The notes under the pieces are model-generated. The model was not told where the DNA came from, searched no databases, and was given only the letters and a program-made list of their open reading frames with translations. The position numbers were made by a program, and so were the translations under genes. Positions 39,801 to 48,732 of a stretch of 64,000 bases of DNA are shown here, one piece after another. The stretch lies in contig CP174359.1 in the NCBI GenBank assembly GCA_045401115.1, positions 547,247 to 611,246 on the forward strand, given 5' to 3'. Source of the DNA: Candidatus Phycocordibacter aenigmaticus. GTDB lineage: Bacteria > Patescibacteriota > Minisyncoccia > Phycocordibacterales > Phycocordibacteraceae. Each line of letters opens with the position of its first letter. Within the stretch, counting starts at the first letter, position 1.

Positions 39801-40523
39801 TTAGTGGTGTATCTTTCCAAAAAGTAAGCGCTGCACACCACTACCCACAATACTAATCAGTAGCCCAAAAAGAAGGAGACCGGTAAACCGAGCGCTGATG
39901 GTAATCAACTCTCCCCATATCGTCACTGGTACCGTTTGCGGTATACCGCCGAGGATTATCTTTGCTGACCAAATCATTGCCTGAGGAATGCTTGAAAAAG
40001 CTTCCCGTGTACCTTCTGTGATGTACATAAGACTGGCAAAAATTATCACAGAAGAAAAAAGCGTCAGTACGTAGATACGCAATTTATAGCTATGTAGAAG
40101 ATCTTCCTCTTCTTCGGAAGGAGCATCTTTATTTTCCTTCACCGCACGCGTCAGTTTTGCCAATCGCAGTACACGTAAAAAGCGAAGAATACGGACCATA
40201 CGCGCTGTTTTAAGAAAGGTAAGGTTCGTGAGTCCTGTGTAGGTAGGTATAATGGCAAGTAAATCAATAATGCCAAAAAAACTAATCATATAACGCAGTG
40301 GGTTTTTATGGGCAAGTACGCGACCAATGTATTCTAGAGAAAAGAAAAATACAGTGAAGTATTCAACTGCGGTAAAAAACGGTTGATATGATGCTAACGA
40401 TTGTACTGTTTCAAGCACAATGCCAGCAACAGACAAAAGTGTGATTGCTGCAAGAAAATTATTGGTAGGTGTAAAATAACGAGCTGTTGGCTCATAAAAT
40501 ACCTTCTGCAAAAAACTTCTCAT
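39801..40523 (-). CDS. Voltage-gated ion channel-like protein with non-canonical pore
   Basis: S4 RMVRILRFLRVLRLAK, IDLLAIIP, FSSIPQAM; no TVGYG. Confidence 0.82.
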   Translation of the reverse strand: MRSFLQKVFYEPTARYFTPTNNFLAAITLLSVAGIVLETVQSLASYQPFFTAVEYFTVFFFSLEYIGRVLAHKNPLRYMISFFGIIDLLAIIPTYTGLTNLTFLKTARMVRILRFLRVLRLAKLTRAVKENKDAPSEEEEDLLHSYKLRIYVLTLFSSVIIFASLMYITEGTREAFSSIPQAMIWSAKIILGGIPQTVPVTIWGELITISARFTGLLLFGLLISIVGSGVQRLLFGKIHH

Positions 40524-40825
40524 TACACGCAGTATACGGTAGAAGATGTTTTTTTTATGAACATATAAATAATTCTGTGAATTACAGACTCTCTCAAATG
40601 TAACCTCTGTTGTGTGTCAAGGACATCCCTTGACTGGGTCTTGTTTTAAGCCGCCAAATGTATCTGTAGCAAGGACCGACCTCGCTACAGAAAATTCAAA
40701 CATCGTGCGCCGTATCTTTATGCAGTAGCGCCTTTAGGTTTTTCCTTTTTAGGTTTCTTTTTTTCTTTTCGTCTATCTTGTCCTTTTGACATATACGTAT
40801 ATAAGTTCGAGCGTAGTATAGCACC

Positions 40826-41125
40826 CTACTGAGATGTATCTTTATCCTTTGGAAATCCCCACTGCCATTTTGGCGGCTCCCCTTTCCAATATCCAATGGC
40901 AATAATTATCGCTACCATAACAATAAGGATGGCGAAGTATTCAAGCACCTTCTCTTCGACAAGTAAAAACTGCGCGGCGAGTACCAACACCGCAACAGCA
41001 GCGAGCACTACCAACCACCCCTGCCAGGTCACCGGTGTCCAACCCCAACCGAACACCTTCCGTTTAAACCAATACTCTTCGGGATTGTCTTTATAATAGG
41101 CGACAAATTTTTTAATCCAGTTCAT
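40826..41125 (-). CDS. Small membrane protein
   Basis: YWFKRKVFGWGWTPVTWQGW plus two TM and KGEPPKWQWG. Confidence 0.75.
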   Translation of the reverse strand: MNWIKKFVAYYKDNPEEYWFKRKVFGWGWTPVTWQGWLVVLAAVAVLVLAAQFLLVEEKVLEYFAILIVMVAIIIAIGYWKGEPPKWQWGFPKDKDTSQ

Positions 41126-41153
41126 ATATTTAATTATAATATTTATTAATGCG

Positions 41154-41759
41154 TTAGAGGGCACTCTCCCCTTCAAAATCAGGCACCACAATACCCCACT
41201 GCATGCGCTCAAGGTCGAGTTTCAGATACGCACTTTTTCCAATACTTGGTTGTGTTGTCATCGGTTCACCCGGCGCGCGATCGACATAATTCACTACCAC
41301 CACATTTACGTGACGCGGGTTGGGACTCTCCCCAATTGTTTGTGGAGCAACACGATCACCGAGTAAGTAGCCGTCTGAGCCGACATAGCCGTCTTCAGTG
41401 TTTAGTGCGGCAACTGCATAGTAGAATGTGCCACTTCCGCCGGTCTCCTGGGTAAGCAAGAACACCACATCATCACGGCCATCATCGTTAAGGTCAGTCA
41501 CAAATTCATTGCCAAAATAACGAGTGACTGTTTTTGATTCAGCATTGGAACCTGTGTCCGTTTCGGCAATACCGTTTTTAAGCATCACGTTCTGTCCATC
41601 AATACTGTATTCTATATTTTTATAATCAGAAGCAGTAACTACCGGTGCCTGAGCAGTATCGTCTTTTTGTAATCCGTATAGCATAAAAGCACCCCCAAGT
41701 AGCACTACTGCTGCGATAGCAAGGAGGATATTTTTGTGTTTTGAGTGGCGCATGAACAT
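41154..41759 (-). CDS. Membrane-anchored/secreted hypothetical protein
   Basis: N-terminal TM; DLNDDGRDD (Ca-binding-like loop), GGSGTFYY, LLGDRV. Confidence 0.75.
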   Translation of the reverse strand: MFMRHSKHKNILLAIAAVVLLGGAFMLYGLQKDDTAQAPVVTASDYKNIEYSIDGQNVMLKNGIAETDTGSNAESKTVTRYFGNEFVTDLNDDGRDDVVFLLTQETGGSGTFYYAVAALNTEDGYVGSDGYLLGDRVAPQTIGESPNPRHVNVVVVNYVDRAPGEPMTTQPSIGKSAYLKLDLERMQWGIVVPDFEGESAL

Positions 41760-41851
41760 AGTATGTAGGGGTTAGATTATAAGAACACTTCAGTGCTGAT
41801 TATAGCAAGGGTTTAGTGGCAAGGTCGGTCCTTGAAAAAATGTGTGGCGAG

Positions 41852-42043
41852 TTAAGATAGTTTTGCTAAGAAGCGGTATATCACGAGCGGTACCCAGATT
41901 AAAAAGCTGGCTAAGCCAATTATAAAAAAGGTTACGGGAATTTTCTCAAATGAAACCGGTTCCAGCCAAATCATAGCAAGCACAGAGACGGCACAAATGA
42001 GCATTGCGCTCCAAAACATCCATAAGCTTATTTTTTCAGTCAT
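41852..42043 (-). CDS. Small two-TM hypothetical protein
   Basis: 63 aa, two hydrophobic helices. Confidence 0.6.
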   Translation of the reverse strand: MTEKISLWMFWSAMLICAVSVLAMIWLEPVSFEKIPVTFFIIGLASFLIWVPLVIYRFLAKLS

Positions 42044-42118
42044 TACCTAACCATACCCCTCGCCTTGCCTATAGGTTACGTACCGTTTACAGATCCTTAG
42101 TTTGTTATGATACATAAC

Positions 42119-42553
42119 ATGGATATATTCCACGCATGGCACACTATGCTCAATATGCCAAAACATGATGAGGCGTGGCACAGGAAAGATATGGCGGATG
42201 AGCTGGCTGAATATAAAGAAGCGCACGGCTTAATAGATACATGGAGTGAATTGTCTGATGTTGTGTATACCTATACTCGTGCAAAATGGTCTAACCATAC
42301 CAACATCATTTTTCCTTTTTCAAAATTATCCTTTTATATAGGCGCGCTGTACATGTTTCCAAAGTACACTTTGCGTTGGAAATTTTTTCAAAAACTCGGT
42401 TATCAATTTGATAAAAATTTAAACATTCGTGAAGTACGCAACCCAAAGAAAATAGAAAAACTAAAAACGATTGCTGAAGCATACGACTTAGACACTGAAG
42501 AATTCGTTAGTGCTGCAAAGAGACTCATGCGTTATTGGTTTTTTCTTAAATAA
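42119..42553 (+). CDS. Hypothetical protein with MazG-like acidic motif
   Basis: DMADELAEYKEA...WSELSDVVY resembles all-alpha NTP pyrophosphohydrolases; start could be 42107. Confidence 0.55.
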   Translation: MDIFHAWHTMLNMPKHDEAWHRKDMADELAEYKEAHGLIDTWSELSDVVYTYTRAKWSNHTNIIFPFSKLSFYIGALYMFPKYTLRWKFFQKLGYQFDKNLNIREVRNPKKIEKLKTIAEAYDLDTEEFVSAAKRLMRYWFFLK

Positions 42554-42655
42554 ATACCCTGTCTCACGGTCGGTCCTTGAGACAGGTGGGAAAGGGTGCG
42601 TTGTGATACGATACGTAGAGTTAGTAGTATTCTTTAATTCACTTGTTTTAAAATT

Positions 42656-43792
42656 ATGATACAGAAAATAAGCCTCTTTCTTACCCTTTGTTTACTTGTT
42701 GTGACCGCACTGCCAAGCACCGCCCTGGCAGCACAGTTTGAAGTAGGTGAACAACCATCGCTTCCCACTGGCGCCATTATTGATGACGTCTACATGGCAG
42801 GAGGCAATGTGCATTCTGCAGCGGATATAACCGGTGACCTGGTTGCCGGTGGCGGTAATGTACTTATCGATGGTTCCATTTCTGAGGACTTAATAACTTC
42901 TGGAGGTTCAGTGACCATCACTGGCGCTGTTGGCGACGACCTGCGTGTTGCCGGTGGTGCAGTAACTATTACCGGTGCTATTGGCGGTGATGTGGTGGCG
43001 GGTACCGGGCAACTACACATCAGCGGTGAAGGCATCGGCGGCGATCTTGTATGGGGCGGCGGTATGTTGCAACTCAACGCACCGGTTGCCGGTAATGTAC
43101 GCCTCGGTGGCGGTGAAGTAATTATTAATGCACCTATTGAAGGTAGCGTAGAGTTTTACGGTGACACACTTATTCTCGGCAGCGATGCGTCTATCACTGG
43201 CACCTTGACCTATCAATCACCAAACGAAGTGATTATGAAAGATGGCGCAGTAGTAAACGGAGAGATCTCCTACGAACAAACAACACCTAAAGACATGGTT
43301 GATGTTTCAACGGTTGCCACTATTTTCTCTGTGGTGACACTTATTGCCTTCTTAATGTGGTTAGTCGCCGGTCTGGTGATTGGTCTTGTGTTCCGTCGCT
43401 ACACCACCACTGTTGTGACACACGCCCTTACGCGTCCTCTCGCATCTCTTGGGTATGGATTGAGTGCCGCTATCGTGCTCCCTATTATCTCCATTATCCT
43501 CCTCTTCACTATCATTGGTTTACCGTTTGCAGGTTTAGGCTTGATTGCCTTTGCTGGACTCATGTTGATGGGCGCTATTCTGACTCCGATTGCACTTGGC
43601 AGTTTGCTAATGAAATGGACTGACCGCCAACCTGAATATGTGGTGAACTGGAAGAGTATTCTCCTTGGTGTTCTGGTGTATATGCTTCTTGGTTTTGTTC
43701 CATTCATTGGTGGATTAGTGCAGCTCATTCTTACCATCATGGTGATTGGTGGCATCGTGAAGCTCAAGCTTGATATTGCTAAGGAATGGTAA
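42656..43792 (+). CDS. Bactofilin/polymer-forming beta-helix repeat protein with C-terminal multi-TM domain
   Basis: Signal peptide; 15-aa repeats (GDLVAGGGNVLIDG, DDLRVAGGAVTITG); about 4-5 C-terminal TM. Confidence 0.82.
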   Translation: MIQKISLFLTLCLLVVTALPSTALAAQFEVGEQPSLPTGAIIDDVYMAGGNVHSAADITGDLVAGGGNVLIDGSISEDLITSGGSVTITGAVGDDLRVAGGAVTITGAIGGDVVAGTGQLHISGEGIGGDLVWGGGMLQLNAPVAGNVRLGGGEVIINAPIEGSVEFYGDTLILGSDASITGTLTYQSPNEVIMKDGAVVNGEISYEQTTPKDMVDVSTVATIFSVVTLIAFLMWLVAGLVIGLVFRRYTTTVVTHALTRPLASLGYGLSAAIVLPIISIILLFTIIGLPFAGLGLIAFAGLMLMGAILTPIALGSLLMKWTDRQPEYVVNWKSILLGVLVYMLLGFVPFIGGLVQLILTIMVIGGIVKLKLDIAKEW

Positions 43793-43924
43793 TACAAGGG
43801 GTGTAAACGACATCACACTTCCCTATTTACACTAAAAATAGCGAGGTCGGTCCTCGCTATTTTTAGTGGTTATGTATAAAAATTTCTCAAGACCAGTCCT
43901 TGAGATTTTTTTTGTTTTAAGGGG

Positions 43925-44857
43925 TTAGGTGTGTTTTTCTAAGAAGTGGTCAAAGGCCATCTTTCGAATGGTGTCTCCCTCAGCTGTAAGACTGTGACCG
44001 CTTGATTGGGCGATGACCAGCTCTGCATTATTCATTTTTCCGGCGAGTTCGTATGCTTTCTGCAGCGGGCAGAGTATGTCGTAGCGGCCATGCACTATCA
44101 CTGCCGGTATGTCTGCGATCTTATCGACGTTGTTGAGAATATAATTGTCCGGAATGAACTCATGATTCATTTCATAGTGAAGGAAAATGCGCACTGATGC
44201 GATATCGTCTTCAGTCACCTCTTCAGGGTCCTGGTATGATACGGCGGAAAGTGTTGAGAATAAGTTTCCTTCCCAGTCTTGCACCTCTGCGGCAAGTTCT
44301 CTTTGCTGTTCCGGAGTCGCCTCATCAAACGCTTTGAGTATGTCCTTGTTCTGCGATTCCACGTTAATGTTGAAGCGCTCAAAGAACTTCATGCGTTTCT
44401 CCCACACATCAGGCATAAGACGCGCGACACCCTTGGTGTCTTCCATACACCAAGCAATTGAATCGCGGTCTGCAAGGAATACTGCGGTAATCAAAATGCC
44501 ACGTACCTTCTCTGGGTGTTTAATGGCATACAGCAGTGCCAGTGTTGAACCCCAACTTCCACCTGAAACAAACCACTTTTCAATACCAAGCTGTTCTCTG
44601 ATTCTCTCGGCGTCATGAAGAAGGTGGTCGGTAGTATTGTGTTCCAACTCCCCGCTTGGCGTGCTTTTCCCACATCCGCGCTGGTCAAAGAGAATAACGC
44701 GGTAGGTATTCAAATCATATGATTTTGCATAGCGCGGCTTGCTGCGTGAACCTGGCCCGCCATGAAAGGACAGTATCGCCGGCCCCTCAGGGTTTCCGTA
44801 TTCAGAAAACGAAACAATATGTCCATCCTCCTCTGGTAGTTGGTGTTCTTTTTTCAT
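43925..44857 (-). CDS. pip: Prolyl aminopeptidase (alpha/beta hydrolase)
   Basis: HGGPG, FDQRGCGKS, GGSWGS, HGRYD, GH. Confidence 0.9.
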   Translation of the reverse strand: MKKEHQLPEEDGHIVSFSEYGNPEGPAILSFHGGPGSRSKPRYAKSYDLNTYRVILFDQRGCGKSTPSGELEHNTTDHLLHDAERIREQLGIEKWFVSGGSWGSTLALLYAIKHPEKVRGILITAVFLADRDSIAWCMEDTKGVARLMPDVWEKRMKFFERFNINVESQNKDILKAFDEATPEQQRELAAEVQDWEGNLFSTLSAVSYQDPEEVTEDDIASVRIFLHYEMNHEFIPDNYILNNVDKIADIPAVIVHGRYDILCPLQKAYELAGKMNNAELVIAQSSGHSLTAEGDTIRKMAFDHFLEKHT

Positions 44858-44899
44858 ATGTTTATGATACCAGATAACGAGGTCGGTCCTCGCTATTTT

Positions 44900-44937
44900 A
44901 AAAATAAACAGCTCAATGGGTTGAGCTGTTTATTTTT
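44900..44937. terminator. Terminator hairpin after the RM operon
   Basis: AAAAATAAACAGCTCAA-TGGG-TTGAGCTGTTTATTTTT. Confidence 0.82.
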
Positions 44938-44960
44938 GTCTTATATTTATGAAATTTCTC

Positions 44961-45902
44961 CTATGACTCAGTACGGTTTTGCTTTTGTAGTGTGAACTGA
45001 ATTTTGTAAGTATAAAAGTCGATATTAGGGGCAACAGATAACGCTCGGTGTATTTTTACATCATCCTCAAATCCAATAATAGCGCCGCGCACTGTTTGTC
45101 CTGGCTCCGCAAGTTCTTCTTTTACATAGCCCATATAACGTTGAATCTGGCCCACCACGGTGTCAGTAACTCGACCACGTTTAAGTTCTACAACTAACAG
45201 GTTCCTTTTATCTTTACTGATTGCAAGAATGTCTATAGGGCCGGTATCACTGGGGTACTGCCTTCCAACCCTTTCGCCATCTACCTCATAGATATCATAT
45301 TTCTCACCAAGCTCCATGTGAGTCCAGTTATGTTCTAGGAAGTCTTCTAGATGCTTCTCTAAGGCAAATACGCTTGGGTCTTCAATTGTGGCATCGGCTG
45401 AAACGATAGTGGCTGGAGCCTTACCTTCTAGGAGTAATTTCAATTCTTCAGCATGAGCTGAAACGTTACTCACTGTTCCAATCGAACCTGCTGAATTACG
45501 TAATGATTCACTCATGTCTTCTCGAGCAATTGTTTGCTTATACCACTTAACAGGTCGACGATGCGGCAAAACCTTACCTGGGTGATATTCATAATCACCG
45601 ACCACTTCTGCAATGTGATATTTACCATCACCGCTCGGAGAAAGAACAACGTCACCAACACTAACACCTTTTATAATTGTATGGAGCATCCCGCACGCTA
45701 AACCAGCCGCTACTTTTGATTTTTCTGGATTCTGCTCAATGTAAACCGGTATAAATTCTTTATTAAAATCTCGCCATGCTTCCGGGATTTTGCCATTCAA
45801 ATCAATGTCTGGCAGCCAACCAGCACCAATAAAGCTCTCGTTTAGTGCGTCTTGTATGTGTGCACTTTTAGCACCCTGCATCACTCTGTAGTAGCTTTTC
45901 AT
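44961..45902 (-). CDS. NucS/DUF91-like PD-(D/E)xK endonuclease with N-terminal DNA-recognition domain
   Basis: N-terminal GW...GDVVLSP...GDY.Y...HRRPVKW; C-terminal LEKHLEDF, GPIDILA, VVELK, GQIQRYMG. Confidence 0.8.
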   Translation of the reverse strand: MKSYYRVMQGAKSAHIQDALNESFIGAGWLPDIDLNGKIPEAWRDFNKEFIPVYIEQNPEKSKVAAGLACGMLHTIIKGVSVGDVVLSPSGDGKYHIAEVVGDYEYHPGKVLPHRRPVKWYKQTIAREDMSESLRNSAGSIGTVSNVSAHAEELKLLLEGKAPATIVSADATIEDPSVFALEKHLEDFLEHNWTHMELGEKYDIYEVDGERVGRQYPSDTGPIDILAISKDKRNLLVVELKRGRVTDTVVGQIQRYMGYVKEELAEPGQTVRGAIIGFEDDVKIHRALSVAPNIDFYTYKIQFTLQKQNRTES

Positions 45903-45930
45903 AATTCCCATTGTATCACTGGGTTATTTT

Positions 45931-48732
45931 CTACCACTCAAAAATATCTACAATATCTTTAATTGCTTCGCGGATGCGATTAACCACAGACTTATGCTCC
46001 ATGAGTCGAGGGCGTTCTGGCAAGCGCTCGACAATGTCTTCACCACTTGGAAGTCGGTCTGTGTATAGATACTCACCAATTAAAACCTCAACATCTTCCA
46101 TTGAGATGTTTTCAGTTTCTGTGAGGTGTCGCAATGTTGTAGAGCGTTCACTTGCCCAAAATTCAGAAAATGCAGCTTCAACATCTTCAGAGCGTGATAC
46201 TTGAGGAAGATTTTCTTCAATAAACTTCCTTACTAAGTCTTTCTTCTTACGAAGGTTTACGTCACGATCGAATACTTTCAAAATATCTTCTGTCTTCTTA
46301 GCTCGCGCTGCATCAGAAGTAATGTTCTTTAGGCCAGCAATGAGTTGGATGATGTAGTCGAAGTTAACAAGATCTCGAACGGTTAGCTCAAGCTCAAAAT
46401 CAATTTGATCAAGAATTGATTCTTTTTCCTTATCTATTGTTTTACTTTCAGCATATATATCAAGGTACTTACTCTGATAGTCATAGAACTCTTGTTCTGT
46501 AATACCAAGGTCATCAAAAGAGAATTCGGCAAAAGTTTCTAGCGACGATTTGATACGAAGCAGATCACGAAATGACTGAACAAAGTCCGCTTTCTCTTGC
46601 TCGCCTTGCAGAGAATCAACGGAGTCTGGATTCGTTACTTTTTCTCGAAGCTCATCTAACTTTTCTTTAAATTCTTTCTTCTGCTCCTCATAAGGCTTTT
46701 TAAACACTACCTCCTTCGCATTCTCATCACCGTAAAGGGCCAAGGCCTTGTCGGTCGCTTCCTTAAGGTTTCGGAATGAAACAATATTGCCGTGCGGCTT
46801 ATCGGAGTTCAAAAGACGATTGGTTCGAGAATAGGCCTGAATGAGTCCGTGATAGCGCAAGTTCTTGTCTACATAGAGCGTATTGAGCCGTTTGCTATCA
46901 AACCCGGTCAGGAACATATTCACTACTAGAACTAGATCTACTTGTTTGTTTTTAATTCGCTTCTGGATATCTTTATAGTAATCATAAAACTTATCCGTAC
47001 TGTAGTTCGTGCTATAGATAGCGTTGTAGTCTTTAATACAATTCTCTAGAAAATCACGAGAATGCTGATTCACGCTAACGCCTTCCGTTTCCAAAGGATC
47101 ATTATCTAAGTCTGCATTCTCATCATCAGACTCATTGGCATGATAGGTGAAAATAGTAGCAATCTTCATATCCTCAGGGGCCCTTTCTTTAAATAGTGTG
47201 TAGTAGCGCTTGAGAACATCAATGCTGGTTACTGCAAATAGAGCGTTGAATTTTCCAGCCTTTGTTTTCTTTTTCCAGTCGTGGAGTACGTAGTCGGTGA
47301 TTTTTTCAAGACGATCCTGGCTTTCAAGCACTTCCTTCGTATCAATTCCCTCCACCATTGCGTCTGAAAAAATGTCTGCATCAAGTACGTCGGGATCTTT
47401 TTGCTTATATTTACCAACATATTCTACTGAGAACCCGAGTACGTTGTTATCACTAATAGCGTTGGTGATGATGTATTTATGTAAACAATCAGTAAAGACA
47501 TCTTTAGTTGTAACCTTGCCAATATGATTCTCCGCAAAAATAGGTGTGCCAGTAAAACCAAACAGTTGTGCTTTATTAAAGAAACTTTTAATACGTGTGT
47601 GTGTTTTCCCAAATTGACTTCTGTGGCACTCATCAAAAATAATCACTACCTTTTCATCCTTTAGATATTCAAATTGCTTCAAATATGGCCCTCTCCCAAT
47701 CGCAATATCAAGCTTTTGGATAGTAGTAACAATGAGCTTGCGATTTGGATCGGCTAACTGCTTCACTAGAGCACTAGTATTATTTGTGCCATCAACTGAG
47801 CCATCAGAAAATGAATTAAACTCTTCAGTGGTCTTAATGTCTAAGTCCTTACGGTCTACCACGAACATTACTTTCTTAATATCAGGATTTCGGGCAAGAA
47901 TCTGGCTAGTCTTGAATGCTGTCAAGGTCTTCCCCGCCCCGGTTGTGTGCCAGATGTAGCCATTCTTATTTGATTCATTTACCTGCTTCTCCAAGGCTTT
48001 CACTGCGTAATACTGATATGGCCGGAGCACCATTGGTATTTGTTCTGCCTCTGCTAATACTGTATGCTCCGCTATCATTTCTGATACCGCACACTTCTCT
48101 AGGAAAATATCAGTGAAATCTTCAAGCTTGGTGATTTTCTTATTATCGACATCAGTCCAATAAAAGGTCTGCTCGAATGTTTGCTTTGGATTATTAGAAA
48201 AGTACTTAGTATTTACGCCATTGGAGATGACAAAGATCTGTACGTATTCAAAAAGCGTGCCCGTAAATGAATGTTTGTGGTATCGCTGTATTTGATTAAA
48301 CGCTTCCTTCATTTCAATACCGCGACGCTTTAGTTCGATCTGAACTAGAGGTAGTCCGTTAATTAATAGCGTTACGTCATAACGATTCTCATACTTGCCG
48401 ACTTGTGTGATTTGCTGGGTTACCTGATACTCGTTTTTGCACCACTGGTCCATGTTGAAGAACTGAATCCAGATAGTGGTTTCATCGTCACGCTTTAGGG
48501 AGAAACGGTCACGCAGGGTCTTGGCTTTATGGAAGCGGTCACCTTTCATGAGATAATTCATGATGCGAGACCACTCATCATCTGAGAATGTGGTGTTGTT
48601 AAATTTCTCTAGTTGGGAACGGAGGTTAGCTTCAAAAGCAGCAGATTCTTCGACTACAACCGGCTCAAACCCCAAGCGCGTTAATCGCTCGATCAGTGAT
48701 TTTTCTAGTTGTGCTTCGGATTGATGGGTCAT
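45931..48732 (-). CDS. hsdR: Type I restriction endonuclease subunit R
   Basis: DVTLLINGLPLVQIELK, QIQRY, HTTGAGKT, DECHRSQ, FTGTP, MFLTGFD, QAYSRTNR. Confidence 0.97.
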   Translation of the reverse strand: MTHQSEAQLEKSLIERLTRLGFEPVVVEESAAFEANLRSQLEKFNNTTFSDDEWSRIMNYLMKGDRFHKAKTLRDRFSLKRDDETTIWIQFFNMDQWCKNEYQVTQQITQVGKYENRYDVTLLINGLPLVQIELKRRGIEMKEAFNQIQRYHKHSFTGTLFEYVQIFVISNGVNTKYFSNNPKQTFEQTFYWTDVDNKKITKLEDFTDIFLEKCAVSEMIAEHTVLAEAEQIPMVLRPYQYYAVKALEKQVNESNKNGYIWHTTGAGKTLTAFKTSQILARNPDIKKVMFVVDRKDLDIKTTEEFNSFSDGSVDGTNNTSALVKQLADPNRKLIVTTIQKLDIAIGRGPYLKQFEYLKDEKVVIIFDECHRSQFGKTHTRIKSFFNKAQLFGFTGTPIFAENHIGKVTTKDVFTDCLHKYIITNAISDNNVLGFSVEYVGKYKQKDPDVLDADIFSDAMVEGIDTKEVLESQDRLEKITDYVLHDWKKKTKAGKFNALFAVTSIDVLKRYYTLFKERAPEDMKIATIFTYHANESDDENADLDNDPLETEGVSVNQHSRDFLENCIKDYNAIYSTNYSTDKFYDYYKDIQKRIKNKQVDLVLVVNMFLTGFDSKRLNTLYVDKNLRYHGLIQAYSRTNRLLNSDKPHGNIVSFRNLKEATDKALALYGDENAKEVVFKKPYEEQKKEFKEKLDELREKVTNPDSVDSLQGEQEKADFVQSFRDLLRIKSSLETFAEFSFDDLGITEQEFYDYQSKYLDIYAESKTIDKEKESILDQIDFELELTVRDLVNFDYIIQLIAGLKNITSDAARAKKTEDILKVFDRDVNLRKKKDLVRKFIEENLPQVSRSEDVEAAFSEFWASERSTTLRHLTETENISMEDVEVLIGEYLYTDRLPSGEDIVERLPERPRLMEHKSVVNRIREAIKDIVDIFEW

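Larger units (their letters stand above)
40616..44896. repeat. Family of seven REP-like intergenic palindromes (core AGG-TCGGT-CCT)
   Basis: Copies at 40616, 40663, 41820, 42558, 43830, 43885, 44874. Confidence 0.75.

Noticed and set aside
40616-44896. CRISPR array or classical integron
   Set aside because: Repeats are separated by whole genes rather than 30-40-nt spacers; no cas or intI gene in the window and no clear RYYYAAC/GTTRRRY attC ends
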